From: Candidatus Magasanikiibacteriota bacterium
GTDB lineage: Bacteria > Patescibacteriota > Patescibacteriia > Magasanikbacterales > UBA922
DNA length: 64,000 bases
Direction of reading: 5' to 3'
NCBI GenBank assembly: GCA_042218065.1
Contig: JBDGRL010000012.1
Coordinates: 4,244 to 68,243 of the forward strand
Shown: positions 46,998-55,182 of the stretch, piece after piece
Layout: each line of letters starts with the position of its first letter
Numbering within the stretch: the stretch's first letter is position 1
The notes under the pieces: generated by a model
Told to the model about the DNA's origin: nothing
Database searches by the model: none
What the model saw: only the letters and a program-made list of their open reading frames with translations
Position numbers and translations under genes: made by a program

Positions 46998-47927
46998 ATG
47001 AAAAACACATCTATACTGGAGAAAAATCAAGAAGAGCTAGAAAAAATTATTCAAATATTAGAAGATGCAATTGGCCATAATGCACGAGTTGCCGGAATTA
47101 TTCAAATAGGAAGTTATGCTAATGGTGAGTCGGTACCAGGACTCTCGGATATAGATACAAGAGTGTATGTCGAATCTGATGAAGTATATATCTGGAATGT
47201 AGCTGGACACAAAACCAGCGAAGAAATTTATCAAGAGAATAAACTTGATGATTTTGTTGATGAATATGGAGAAAAGCCGATAGAAGATTTAACGTGGAAT
47301 AATTTTAATCTTCCTATGTGGGACCAACTAGAAGAAGAGTTTGGAGTCCAAATCGAGTTTGGACTTACTGATAAGAGGTATGCTGATTATGCATTGCAAA
47401 ATATTAAGAGTTCACCTACTAATGAGCATTCTTTCTTGATGAAACGAAGTATTATTTATGATCCGGATAATTTTTTATCACAATGGAAACAGAAGCTTTC
47501 CGGAGAAGTTTTTCCTACAATGGTAGAGTTTTACAAGGACCAATACCTCAGCGGTCTGTCAGATAAACTTTATAATAGCACAGAAATAACTGAAGGTGAC
47601 TTAGAAGAAATTGAGAGAAGAAATAAAATCCAATGGATCAAACGAGCAATTCGGCACATTAGAGAAGCTGTTACAACTAAAGTTTATGCCGCTACTGGAG
47701 AAATAGTTCATAAAAAAGACGATATCCTTGCTTTTTATAAAAAACACTTACCTGAAAGATACGATTTTGTAAAAAAATTATATCGCTGGAAGACAGACTA
47801 CGAAACAAGAAAAGAAATGATCAAAGATTGTCTAGAAAATCCTAAAAAATATTCTGAGAAGTTTGAAGAGTTGACTCCAAAGTTGGAGGAAGTTGTTAAA
47901 GAAGTCAGTAATTTGCGACTTAATTAG
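46998..47927 (+). CDS. Pol-beta superfamily nucleotidyltransferase domain protein with about 230-aa C-terminal helical extension (ANT/Lnu-like architecture)
   Basis: 309 aa. IGSYANGESVPGLSDIDTRVYVE is a GS-x9-13-DxD nucleotidyltransferase motif. It starts 3 nt after the 2H phosphoesterase stop. Confidence 0.6.
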   Translation: MKNTSILEKNQEELEKIIQILEDAIGHNARVAGIIQIGSYANGESVPGLSDIDTRVYVESDEVYIWNVAGHKTSEEIYQENKLDDFVDEYGEKPIEDLTWNNFNLPMWDQLEEEFGVQIEFGLTDKRYADYALQNIKSSPTNEHSFLMKRSIIYDPDNFLSQWKQKLSGEVFPTMVEFYKDQYLSGLSDKLYNSTEITEGDLEEIERRNKIQWIKRAIRHIREAVTTKVYAATGEIVHKKDDILAFYKKHLPERYDFVKKLYRWKTDYETRKEMIKDCLENPKKYSEKFEELTPKLEEVVKEVSNLRLN

Positions 47928-48196
47928 TAATTAAAATCTTGGCTTTCGTAAATAAGTAAGATAAAATTAAATTACAAGAAATTAAAATTAAGTTTACTTA
48001 TGAAAAACCGAAAAACAAGCACAGAAGAAGATTTTTTTGATCTTGCTGGATCAGTCGATCATGAAGGTGGAGAAAAAGATTTTGATGAGTTAAGAAAAAA
48101 ACTACTAAACAGGTAGCTGAATCTGTCATTAAAGACATACATAAATTAGAATCATAGTTTGCTATTTACTACTCCATCCATTAAAATATCAGCAGT

Positions 48197-49048
48197 ATGA
48201 ATCTATCAGTAATTACCGTAACTTGGAACAATGAAGATGAAATAGCCGAGCAGATACGCTCGGTAAGATCTGCATGTAATGATATCGAATTCGAGCAGAT
48301 TATAGTAGATAATGACTCACCAGATGATACCGTAAAAGTTATTGAAAAAAATTTTCCTGAGGTGAAATTGATAGCTAATAAGGAAAATAAAGGCTTTGGT
48401 ACAGCAAATAATCAAGGAGTTGAACAAGCAGAAGGTGAATTTTTGTTGTTTTTAAATCCGGATATGAAACTAAAAGAGGGAAGCTTAGATAAGATAGTAA
48501 AATGGATGAGAGACAATGAAGATGTAGGAATTGCTTGTCCAAAGCTTATTAACGAAGACGGTAGTTTCAACGAGCATGCCAGTCCACGCAGTTTCCCTAC
48601 AGTTCTAGAGCAGCTAGCGATTATTTTCAAGATCCCTCACATTTTTCCATCTGTATTAGATAGATATTTAATGACAGATTTTGATCCAAGTAAGGAGCGA
48701 GAAGTCGATAGTGTCCGCGGATCTTTTATGCTGATGCGAAGAGAAATTGTAGAAGAACTAGGCTGGGCTTTCGATCCAAGATACTTCATCTGGTATGAAG
48801 ATGTAGATATCTGTCGTGAAGTAAAAAGCCTAGGCTACAAAGTAATGTATACTCCGGTAATTGAAGCAGTTGATTATGTCGGTAAGAGCTTCGGCCAGAG
48901 AAGAGGTCTATGGAAGCAAAAGAACTTTACTGAAAGTATGCTAAAATATTTCAAAAAATGGGAGCCATTCTATAAATGGATCTGGATCGCTATGGCTCGT
49001 CCGATTGGAATTTTTATGGTTTGGTTGCAAGAAAAAATTATAAATTAA
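48197..49048 (+). CDS. glycosyltransferase family 2
   Basis: 283 aa. LSVITVTWNNEDEI...IVDNDSPDDT..., a DxD-like motif and C-terminal amphipathic helices are typical of GT2 rhamnosyl/glucosyltransferases. Confidence 0.8.
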   Translation: MNLSVITVTWNNEDEIAEQIRSVRSACNDIEFEQIIVDNDSPDDTVKVIEKNFPEVKLIANKENKGFGTANNQGVEQAEGEFLLFLNPDMKLKEGSLDKIVKWMRDNEDVGIACPKLINEDGSFNEHASPRSFPTVLEQLAIIFKIPHIFPSVLDRYLMTDFDPSKEREVDSVRGSFMLMRREIVEELGWAFDPRYFIWYEDVDICREVKSLGYKVMYTPVIEAVDYVGKSFGQRRGLWKQKNFTESMLKYFKKWEPFYKWIWIAMARPIGIFMVWLQEKIIN

Positions 49049-49054
49049 GAAACT

Positions 49055-50584
49055 ATGCCTAAAACACCAGAGGAGAGAAAAAAAGAGCTGAAGCACAACC
49101 TCTCCCTAAAAATAAAAAAGTGGGTAAAAAACTCCAAAAAAAGCCTGAAGGAGCTAGCTACTACCTTATGGCCCAAAGCAAAAGAGGATAAATATTACAA
49201 AAAGAAGAAAGGAGGTTTAGTATTTGATGCTGAGGCATTTTTAAATGACTGGGCTGAAAATATATTGCAAGAAGAACGGGCGGAGCCGAATGATATCTCT
49301 TTTGTAGATAGACCGATTATAGAAACGGATGAAGGGGAAATAACTCCCGGGGAGGAGGAGTTTGAAAGTAAAAAAACAATTCCGAGAACACAATATCTAC
49401 AAGAAGTACTGCAAGAATTCGGTTATGATTTTTCTATTGTCGTAGGTAGCGATAGACCGGAGATGTTCAGAGAAGAACCTTATCAGGCTTATATGGTTCA
49501 AGATATAGACAGGATTGTGTTGGTAAACAACCAAGAAGAAGAAGCGACCTTCGTGATATTCGACAGTGATACGGAAGATCTATTTGACAGGCCTCAGCTA
49601 AAAGATGATCTTAAAAGTAGACCGGATGTAAAACGTATAAAATATGAAGGTAAAGAAAGCTGGCAAAATAAACTAAGGGAGTTATTGGAGGAAGACTATA
49701 ATTTAAAAGAGACTGAAGGACGTTTTCTCAGTTTCGATGAATTGAAAAAAGAAGTACAAGCAGCAGGGGTAGAAAGCAGTAGCGAATATCAAGAAGAACA
49801 AAAAGAACACGACAATTGGCCCAGCACCCCTAATAGAGCTTACTCCAAACAATGGTCAAGCTGGTACGACTTTTTAGGCAAGGAAAAGCCTAAAGAAAGA
49901 TTTCTCGGTTTCAATGAATTACAAAAAGAAATACAGGCAGCAGATATAATGAATCGGTCAGAATATAGAAAAGAACAAAAAGAACACGACAATTGGCCTA
50001 GCCAACCTTATAGAACATACTCCGAACAATGGATCGATTGGTATGACTTTCTAGAAAAGGAAAAACCTGAATATATTAGTTTCAATGAGTTAAAAAAAGA
50101 AGTACAATCTGCAGGAATAGAAAGTCGAAGAGAATATAGAGAAGAACAAAAAGAGCACAATAGATGGCCGTCTAATCCTGTTAAATATTATCAAAATAAA
50201 TGGAAAAATTGGTACGATTTTTTAGGTAAAGAGAAATCTGAATATCTTAATTTTAGTGAATTAAAAAAAGAAGTTCAAGCAACAGGTATAGAAAGTCATA
50301 TAGAATATATAGAAGAACAAAAAAAGCACGACAGTTGGCCCAGTACCCCAGATAGAATTTATTCAGAACAGTGGACTAACTGGTATGATTTTCTGGACAA
50401 AGAAAAACCCGAAGAAAAATTAAGCTTTAATGAGCTAAAGAAAGAAGTACAAGCAGCAAATATAAATACACAAAGAGAATATAGAGAAGAACAAAAAGAG
50501 CATAATAGATGGCCCTCTAAGCCTGAAGGATTTTATCAAAATAAATGGAAAAATTGGTACGACTTTCTAGGTAAAGAAAAATAA
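49055..50584 (+). CDS. hypothetical protein with unique N-terminal domain and about five tandem 57-59-aa repeats (consensus F-x-S-F-x-E-L-K-K-E-V-Q-A-A-G-I-E-S..EY.EEQKEH..WPS.P...Y...W..WYDFLGKEK)
   Basis: 509 aa. The repeats are directly visible in the translation, for example ...FNELKKEVQAAGIESRREYREEQKEHNRWPSNPVKYYQNKWKNWYDFLGKEK.... It sits between GT2 genes. Confidence 0.6.
   Translation: MPKTPEERKKELKHNLSLKIKKWVKNSKKSLKELATTLWPKAKEDKYYKKKKGGLVFDAEAFLNDWAENILQEERAEPNDISFVDRPIIETDEGEITPGEEEFESKKTIPRTQYLQEVLQEFGYDFSIVVGSDRPEMFREEPYQAYMVQDIDRIVLVNNQEEEATFVIFDSDTEDLFDRPQLKDDLKSRPDVKRIKYEGKESWQNKLRELLEEDYNLKETEGRFLSFDELKKEVQAAGVESSSEYQEEQKEHDNWPSTPNRAYSKQWSSWYDFLGKEKPKERFLGFNELQKEIQAADIMNRSEYRKEQKEHDNWPSQPYRTYSEQWIDWYDFLEKEKPEYISFNELKKEVQSAGIESRREYREEQKEHNRWPSNPVKYYQNKWKNWYDFLGKEKSEYLNFSELKKEVQATGIESHIEYIEEQKKHDSWPSTPDRIYSEQWTNWYDFLDKEKPEEKLSFNELKKEVQAANINTQREYREEQKEHNRWPSKPEGFYQNKWKNWYDFLGKEK
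49724..50581 (+). repeat. in-frame tandem DNA repeat array, about 5 copies of 171-177 bp (coding repeats of 49055..50584)
   Basis: Repeat starts at about 49724, 49901, 50072, 50243 and 50416. Exact 29-mers recur, for example gaagaacaaaaagaacacgacaattggcc at about 49793 and 49973. Confidence 0.8.
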
Positions 50585-50585
50585 A

Positions 50586-51647
50586 ATGCGAAAACTATCA
50601 GTACAACTAGTAACTTGGAATGGAGAGGATTATATCCCATATCTGTTTGATTCTCTACGAGATCAAACCTTTGACGATTGGAAGCTGAACATTTTAGATA
50701 ATAATTCTGATGATAATACTTTAGAAGCACTAGAGAAGGAGCTGGAAGACTTTGAAGTTAATTATCACTTCCAACAAAATGATACAAATGTCGGCTTTGC
50801 TCCGGGTCATAATAAGCTTTTTAGGGAAACAAACTCCGAGTATTTTTTAATGCTGAACCAGGATATGTACTTGCAGCCGGATTGCTTAGAAAAGTTGGTT
50901 GATTTTTTAGATAAAAATCAGGAAGCTGCAGGGGTAACACCGCGTTTAATGAGATGGAAATTTGATCTACTAAAAGATAAAAATGTGGAAGAAAATGATC
51001 TGCTTAAGCAAAGCTTTACCGATCAGGTGGACTCTTTGGGTATGAAAATTTTTAAAAATCGCAGAGTTATAGAGCAATATACCCAAAAAAAATGGAGCAA
51101 GATTAAGGATAAATTTGATTCAGATACCCGAGAAGTCTTCGGTGTGTCAGGTGCTTTTCCTATGTTCCGCAGGAGCTCCATAGAAGAAATTACTTTCGAT
51201 AATGGTAATTATCTGGACGAAGATTATCATTCTTACAAGGAGGATGTGGATCTAGCTTATCGTTTGCAGTCCAGCGGCAACAAAGCTTATGTCATATTAG
51301 ATACAGTAGCTTATCATGATCGTTCCGCTGCCGGTCCGGAAAACCCTGGAATTATAGCTACTATAAAGAATAAACTTGATCAGAGTGAGTGGGTGAAAAA
51401 ACACAGCTACAAAAACCATCTGATGACGTTGTATAAGAATGAATATTGGCAGAATTTTTTGCTTGATTTTCCATTTATATTTTGGTATGAATTAAAGAAG
51501 TTCATCTGGTATCTACTATTTGATCCGAAAGTGCTGAAAAGCCTGGCTACAGCATGGAGTCTAAGAGATAGAATGAAAGAAAAAAGAGAACAAATTAAAA
51601 AAGGGCGTGTCAAGAATTATAAAGAAATGAGAGAAAACTGGTTGTAA
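50586..51647 (+). CDS. glycosyltransferase family 2
   Basis: 353 aa. LSVQLVTWNGEDYIPYLFDSL...LDNNSDDNT and DxD features. The start overlaps the previous stop region. Confidence 0.8.
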   Translation: MRKLSVQLVTWNGEDYIPYLFDSLRDQTFDDWKLNILDNNSDDNTLEALEKELEDFEVNYHFQQNDTNVGFAPGHNKLFRETNSEYFLMLNQDMYLQPDCLEKLVDFLDKNQEAAGVTPRLMRWKFDLLKDKNVEENDLLKQSFTDQVDSLGMKIFKNRRVIEQYTQKKWSKIKDKFDSDTREVFGVSGAFPMFRRSSIEEITFDNGNYLDEDYHSYKEDVDLAYRLQSSGNKAYVILDTVAYHDRSAAGPENPGIIATIKNKLDQSEWVKKHSYKNHLMTLYKNEYWQNFLLDFPFIFWYELKKFIWYLLFDPKVLKSLATAWSLRDRMKEKREQIKKGRVKNYKEMRENWL

Positions 51648-51659
51648 ATTCCAATGATA

Positions 51660-51838
51660 ATATTAATTTTCCACTATATCGAGCATTTGAGCATGAGCGT
51701 ATAAAATTTTAGCTATGAAGAGCGATTTCTTTGTTTCAATGTTTGACGCCGAGTCGGCGGTGAGTTTTGAAACAAAAGCGATGAATAGTAAAAATTTAGT
51801 GAAAGCTCAACCAGCGAGAGATAGTGGAAAATTAATAT
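51660..51838. repeat. intergenic long inverted-repeat element: 18-bp perfect outer arms (ATATTAATTTTCCACTAT / ATAGTGGAAAATTAATAT) enclosing a 10-bp inner IR (TTTGTTTCAA/TTGAAACAAA) and a GC hairpin
   Basis: Arms at 51660-51677 and 51821-51838. Inner IR at 51730-51739 and 51767-51776. CGCCGA/TCGGCG at 51747-51760. No T-tract. Confidence 0.7.
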
Positions 51839-51845
51839 CAAACAG

Positions 51846-52691
51846 ATGAAAGACTTAACAATTGCATTCGTCAACTACAAGATGAAAGACGACGTCATTA
51901 AAGCAATAGACTCCATATTGGATGACATCGAGGGGTGCGATTATGATATTCAGATAAATGTAGCTGATAATTCACAAAATGAGGACGGATTGAAAGATGA
52001 AATGGAGGAAAAATTTCCTCAGGATAATGTAAAATATATAGATTCGGGTGGTAATGTCGGATTTGGAGCTGGTAATAACATAGCATTTCAAGAAACACCG
52101 GCTAGGTACTATTTTGCTCTCAATTGTGACACTGTAATACCGAAAGACTCCAACACTATTGAAAGAATTATAGAATTTATGGACGATAATCCTAAGATCG
52201 GTTGTATCGGGCCTAGATTGGAGAATATGGATGGAAGTTTGCAGTATTCTTGTTTTCGCTTTGATCTGCCCTCCATTTTGATCAAACCTCTCAAGAAAGC
52301 AGGCTTACACAAAAAATGGGATTGGGTTAAAAAATACACTGACAATCTACTGATGAAAGATTTTGACCACTCTGAAACCATGCCTGTAGACTGGGTACTG
52401 GGGGCAGCTATGGTAGTACGCAAAGAGGCAGTCGATGATGTAGGCTGGTTCGATGAGCGGTATTTTATGTATATAGAGGATGCAGATTGGTGCCATGAAA
52501 TGTGGGAAGCTGGTTGGCCAGTTTATTATGTTCCTGATATAGTAATAAGGCACAGACATGAGAGGGGTTCAGACAAAGTTCCGGGAATCATAAAAGCTTT
52601 AGTAAAAAATAAATTAGCAAGAATCCACTTGGCCAGTTGGTTAAAATACCTCTGGAAGTGGAGAGGTAATCATAAATATTATGCTAGATAA
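51846..52691 (+). CDS. glycosyltransferase family 2
   Basis: 281 aa. LTIAFVNYKMKDDVIKAIDSI...VADNSQNEDG and a GT2 DxD region. Confidence 0.8.
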   Translation: MKDLTIAFVNYKMKDDVIKAIDSILDDIEGCDYDIQINVADNSQNEDGLKDEMEEKFPQDNVKYIDSGGNVGFGAGNNIAFQETPARYYFALNCDTVIPKDSNTIERIIEFMDDNPKIGCIGPRLENMDGSLQYSCFRFDLPSILIKPLKKAGLHKKWDWVKKYTDNLLMKDFDHSETMPVDWVLGAAMVVRKEAVDDVGWFDERYFMYIEDADWCHEMWEAGWPVYYVPDIVIRHRHERGSDKVPGIIKALVKNKLARIHLASWLKYLWKWRGNHKYYAR

Positions 52692-52698
52692 TTTTCAT

Positions 52699-52815
52699 TC
52701 ATTCTTGTCCGCTCATTCTCACTATGTTCCGAGGTAATTACCTGCATGACTTTAGGTAATTAAATCCGCGGACAAGAATGAGTGAAATTTTAGATCTATG
52801 ATGATTGAAACATTG
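52699..52815. repeat. intergenic inverted-repeat element: 14-bp arms TCATTCTTGTCCGC / GCGGACAAGAATGA around a 55-nt loop containing palindrome GGTAATTACC; followed by motif AAATTTTAGATCTATGATG shared with element at 51703-51720
   Basis: Arms at 52699-52712 and 52768-52781. GGTAATTACC at 52733-52742. Shared motif AAATTTTAG(C/AT)CTATGA(A/T)G. Confidence 0.65.
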
Positions 52816-52862
52816 TATAAGATTTATTGCATGGATATTTGAATTAAATAATTATCACCAAT

Positions 52863-53984
52863 ATGAAGAAAGAGGCAGAAAATTTAGACGAATATCCAAA
52901 GATAGCGATTGTTTATCTTTCCTTTCATTGTGAGCCCTATATTGATGATGTAGTTTCAGCTCTTAAAAATGTAACTTATCCAAAGGACAAGTTAGAGCTG
53001 GTCATAGTAGATAATCCCCATCCTGATCATGGCTCTTCTGTCCGTTATCTAGAAGAGAATGTCATGCCGATGTCGGGAGAAGAACTGCCTCATATTACAT
53101 TATTACCTCAAGAGGAGAACTTAGGCTTTGCTGGCGGCAACAACAAAGGTGCTGAGTGGGCACTGGAGAATGATTATGATTATGTATTTTTTCATAATGA
53201 TGATGGGTTTGTAGCGACTAATTGTTTTGAACCACTGGTAGAATTAATGGAGCAAAATGAGGGTGTAGGCATGGCTCAGTCATTAATGCTTCTACACCCG
53301 GATACTGATAAAATAAACAATACGGGAAACTCCTTTCATTACTTAGGTTTTGGGTTCGGGAATAATTATAGAATGCCTGTCAAAGATTATGAGAAAGAAG
53401 AACCTCAAGAAATAGGGTATGCAAGTGGAGCAGCTCTTATGGTACCAACTGATCTGATTGAAAAGCATGGAGCCTGGGATGAGGATTACTTTCTGTATCA
53501 TGAAGATATGGAATGGTGTTTTCGGTTGAGATCACTCGGGTATGAAATTAAGATGGTCCCAAACTCTATCTTTTATCATAAATATCAGTTTAGCCGCAGT
53601 ATTACCAAATTCTATTATATGGAAAGAAATAGATATGGAACCTGGCTCAGATTCTTTAGCTGGCCAACTCTTCTTATGTTATTACCCATGGAATTAGTGC
53701 TAGAAATTGGTTTGTTAATCTATTCTATTAAAAATAGCTGGTTTGATAAGAGGTTAAAATTGTATAAGTATTGGCTTAAACCAAAGAATTGGAAAATGTG
53801 GCTTGAAAAAAGAAGAGAAACTAGAAAAAACAAGAAAGTCAGTGATAGAGAATTGCTTGCCAAAGCTAATCCGATAATAGAATTTCAAGAAAAATCGATG
53901 CAAGATCCTTTATTGAAGAAAGTTGGTAATCCGATTATGAAGTTGTATTATTACATAGTAGTTCGTGGTTTGATTTGGTGGTAA
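52863..53984 (+). CDS. glycosyltransferase family 2 (rhamnosyltransferase-like)
   Basis: 373 aa. IAIVYLSFHCEPYIDDVVSAL..VIVDNPHPD.. plus GT2 features and a C-terminal membrane-associating region. Confidence 0.75.
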   Translation: MKKEAENLDEYPKIAIVYLSFHCEPYIDDVVSALKNVTYPKDKLELVIVDNPHPDHGSSVRYLEENVMPMSGEELPHITLLPQEENLGFAGGNNKGAEWALENDYDYVFFHNDDGFVATNCFEPLVELMEQNEGVGMAQSLMLLHPDTDKINNTGNSFHYLGFGFGNNYRMPVKDYEKEEPQEIGYASGAALMVPTDLIEKHGAWDEDYFLYHEDMEWCFRLRSLGYEIKMVPNSIFYHKYQFSRSITKFYYMERNRYGTWLRFFSWPTLLMLLPMELVLEIGLLIYSIKNSWFDKRLKLYKYWLKPKNWKMWLEKRRETRKNKKVSDRELLAKANPIIEFQEKSMQDPLLKKVGNPIMKLYYYIVVRGLIWW

Positions 53985-54056
53985 CTTTTGTTAAAATCTT
54001 TTTAGATTCTAATTACGTATTTAAGTTGGAAAGGTTTTAAATTAAATCTCTAATAT

Positions 54057-55154
54057 ATGAGAGTAACAACAGCAATTTTAACCGGAGGAGGTGAAGGAAC
54101 TAGGTTGCATCCTATTACCCAAAATCGAAATAAGCATATGGTGCCGGTAGGTAATCAACCTATGATATTTCATGCAATTGAAACTGCAGTAGAGGCGGGC
54201 ATAAACACTATATACATTAATCTTAACCCCGGAGAAACTGAGTTGCAAAAACATATCGGAGACGGGGGTCACTGGGGAATTGATATAGAGTATTTTCAAC
54301 AAGAAGGTGGGCCACAAGGTTTGGCTCATGTCGTAAAGCAAGGTGAAGATTTGGTTAAGAATGAGCCTTTCCTTTTCTATTTATCTGATAATATTTTTTT
54401 GGATGGGATAGAGGAACTGGTAGAGGAGTTCGAGTCGGGAAAATATGATTGTATGCTGGCCCTGTCTGAAGTAGAAGAGCCGGAAAGATATGGTGTCCCC
54501 AAATTTCATCCAGAAAAAGAGGATCAGCTTGCTGATGTTCTGGAAAAACCAGATGAGCCGCCTAATAATTTTGCTGTAACGGGTGCATATGTATATGGTC
54601 CGGAAATATTTTTTGATGCATTTGAAGAGATAGAAAAAAGTGAAAGAGGTGAGTATGAAATATCTGATATCCATTCTCGCTTCATTGATAAGGGTAAAAA
54701 AGTAGGATATAAAGAGGTTACAGGATGGTGGACTGATACAGGAAAACCACCGGCATTACTCGAAGCAAACAAAATGGTATTAGACGATATGGAGGAGGAA
54801 AAATTTCCTAAAAACGGATTAATTGATGAGGGGGCTACAATAAAAGGAAATGTTCACATCGGTGTAGGAACGAAAGTAGGCCCAAATGTTCGTATTGATG
54901 GTCCAGTAATTATTGGAGAAAATTGTCAGCTGAAGGACTGCCGAATCGGTCCTTACGTAACTGTTGGGACGGGAGTAGAAATAGAAGAAGCGTCCGTTAC
55001 AAATAGTGTGGTTTTGAGTAACTCAGAACTGAAAATTGACATGGATATTACCAGCAGTTTAGTTGGAGAGAAGGTGAGTGTTAAACACAAAAAACAGGAG
55101 CGGGAAAAAGCTAGAAAAATGCTCTTGGGTGACAAAACAGAGATTGAGATATAA
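54057..55154 (+). CDS. NDP-sugar pyrophosphorylase, long-form glucose-1-phosphate thymidylyltransferase-like (RmlA-like N-terminal domain + C-terminal left-handed beta-helix)
   Basis: 365 aa. ILTGGGEGTRLHPIT is a G-x-G-T-R-L nucleotidyltransferase motif. The C-terminal hexapeptide repeats (..IGVGTKVGPNVRIDGPVIIGENC..) indicate an LbH domain. Confidence 0.7.
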   Translation: MRVTTAILTGGGEGTRLHPITQNRNKHMVPVGNQPMIFHAIETAVEAGINTIYINLNPGETELQKHIGDGGHWGIDIEYFQQEGGPQGLAHVVKQGEDLVKNEPFLFYLSDNIFLDGIEELVEEFESGKYDCMLALSEVEEPERYGVPKFHPEKEDQLADVLEKPDEPPNNFAVTGAYVYGPEIFFDAFEEIEKSERGEYEISDIHSRFIDKGKKVGYKEVTGWWTDTGKPPALLEANKMVLDDMEEEKFPKNGLIDEGATIKGNVHIGVGTKVGPNVRIDGPVIIGENCQLKDCRIGPYVTVGTGVEIEEASVTNSVVLSNSELKIDMDITSSLVGEKVSVKHKKQEREKARKMLLGDKTEIEI

Positions 55155-55182
55155 TAAAAATTTAAAACCTGAAGCTAATACT

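Noticed and set aside
47998-48116. 38-aa ORF (MKNRKTSTEEDFFDLAGSVDHEGGEKDFDELRKKLLNR) in the NTase-GT2 spacer
   Set aside because: It has no Shine-Dalgarno and no supporting features. This may be worth a tblastn conservation check, but it is not supportable from sequence alone.
49724-50581. CRISPR array
   Set aside because: The repeats are 171-177 bp, contiguous without spacers, in-frame and translated into a repeated protein motif. No cas genes are present.
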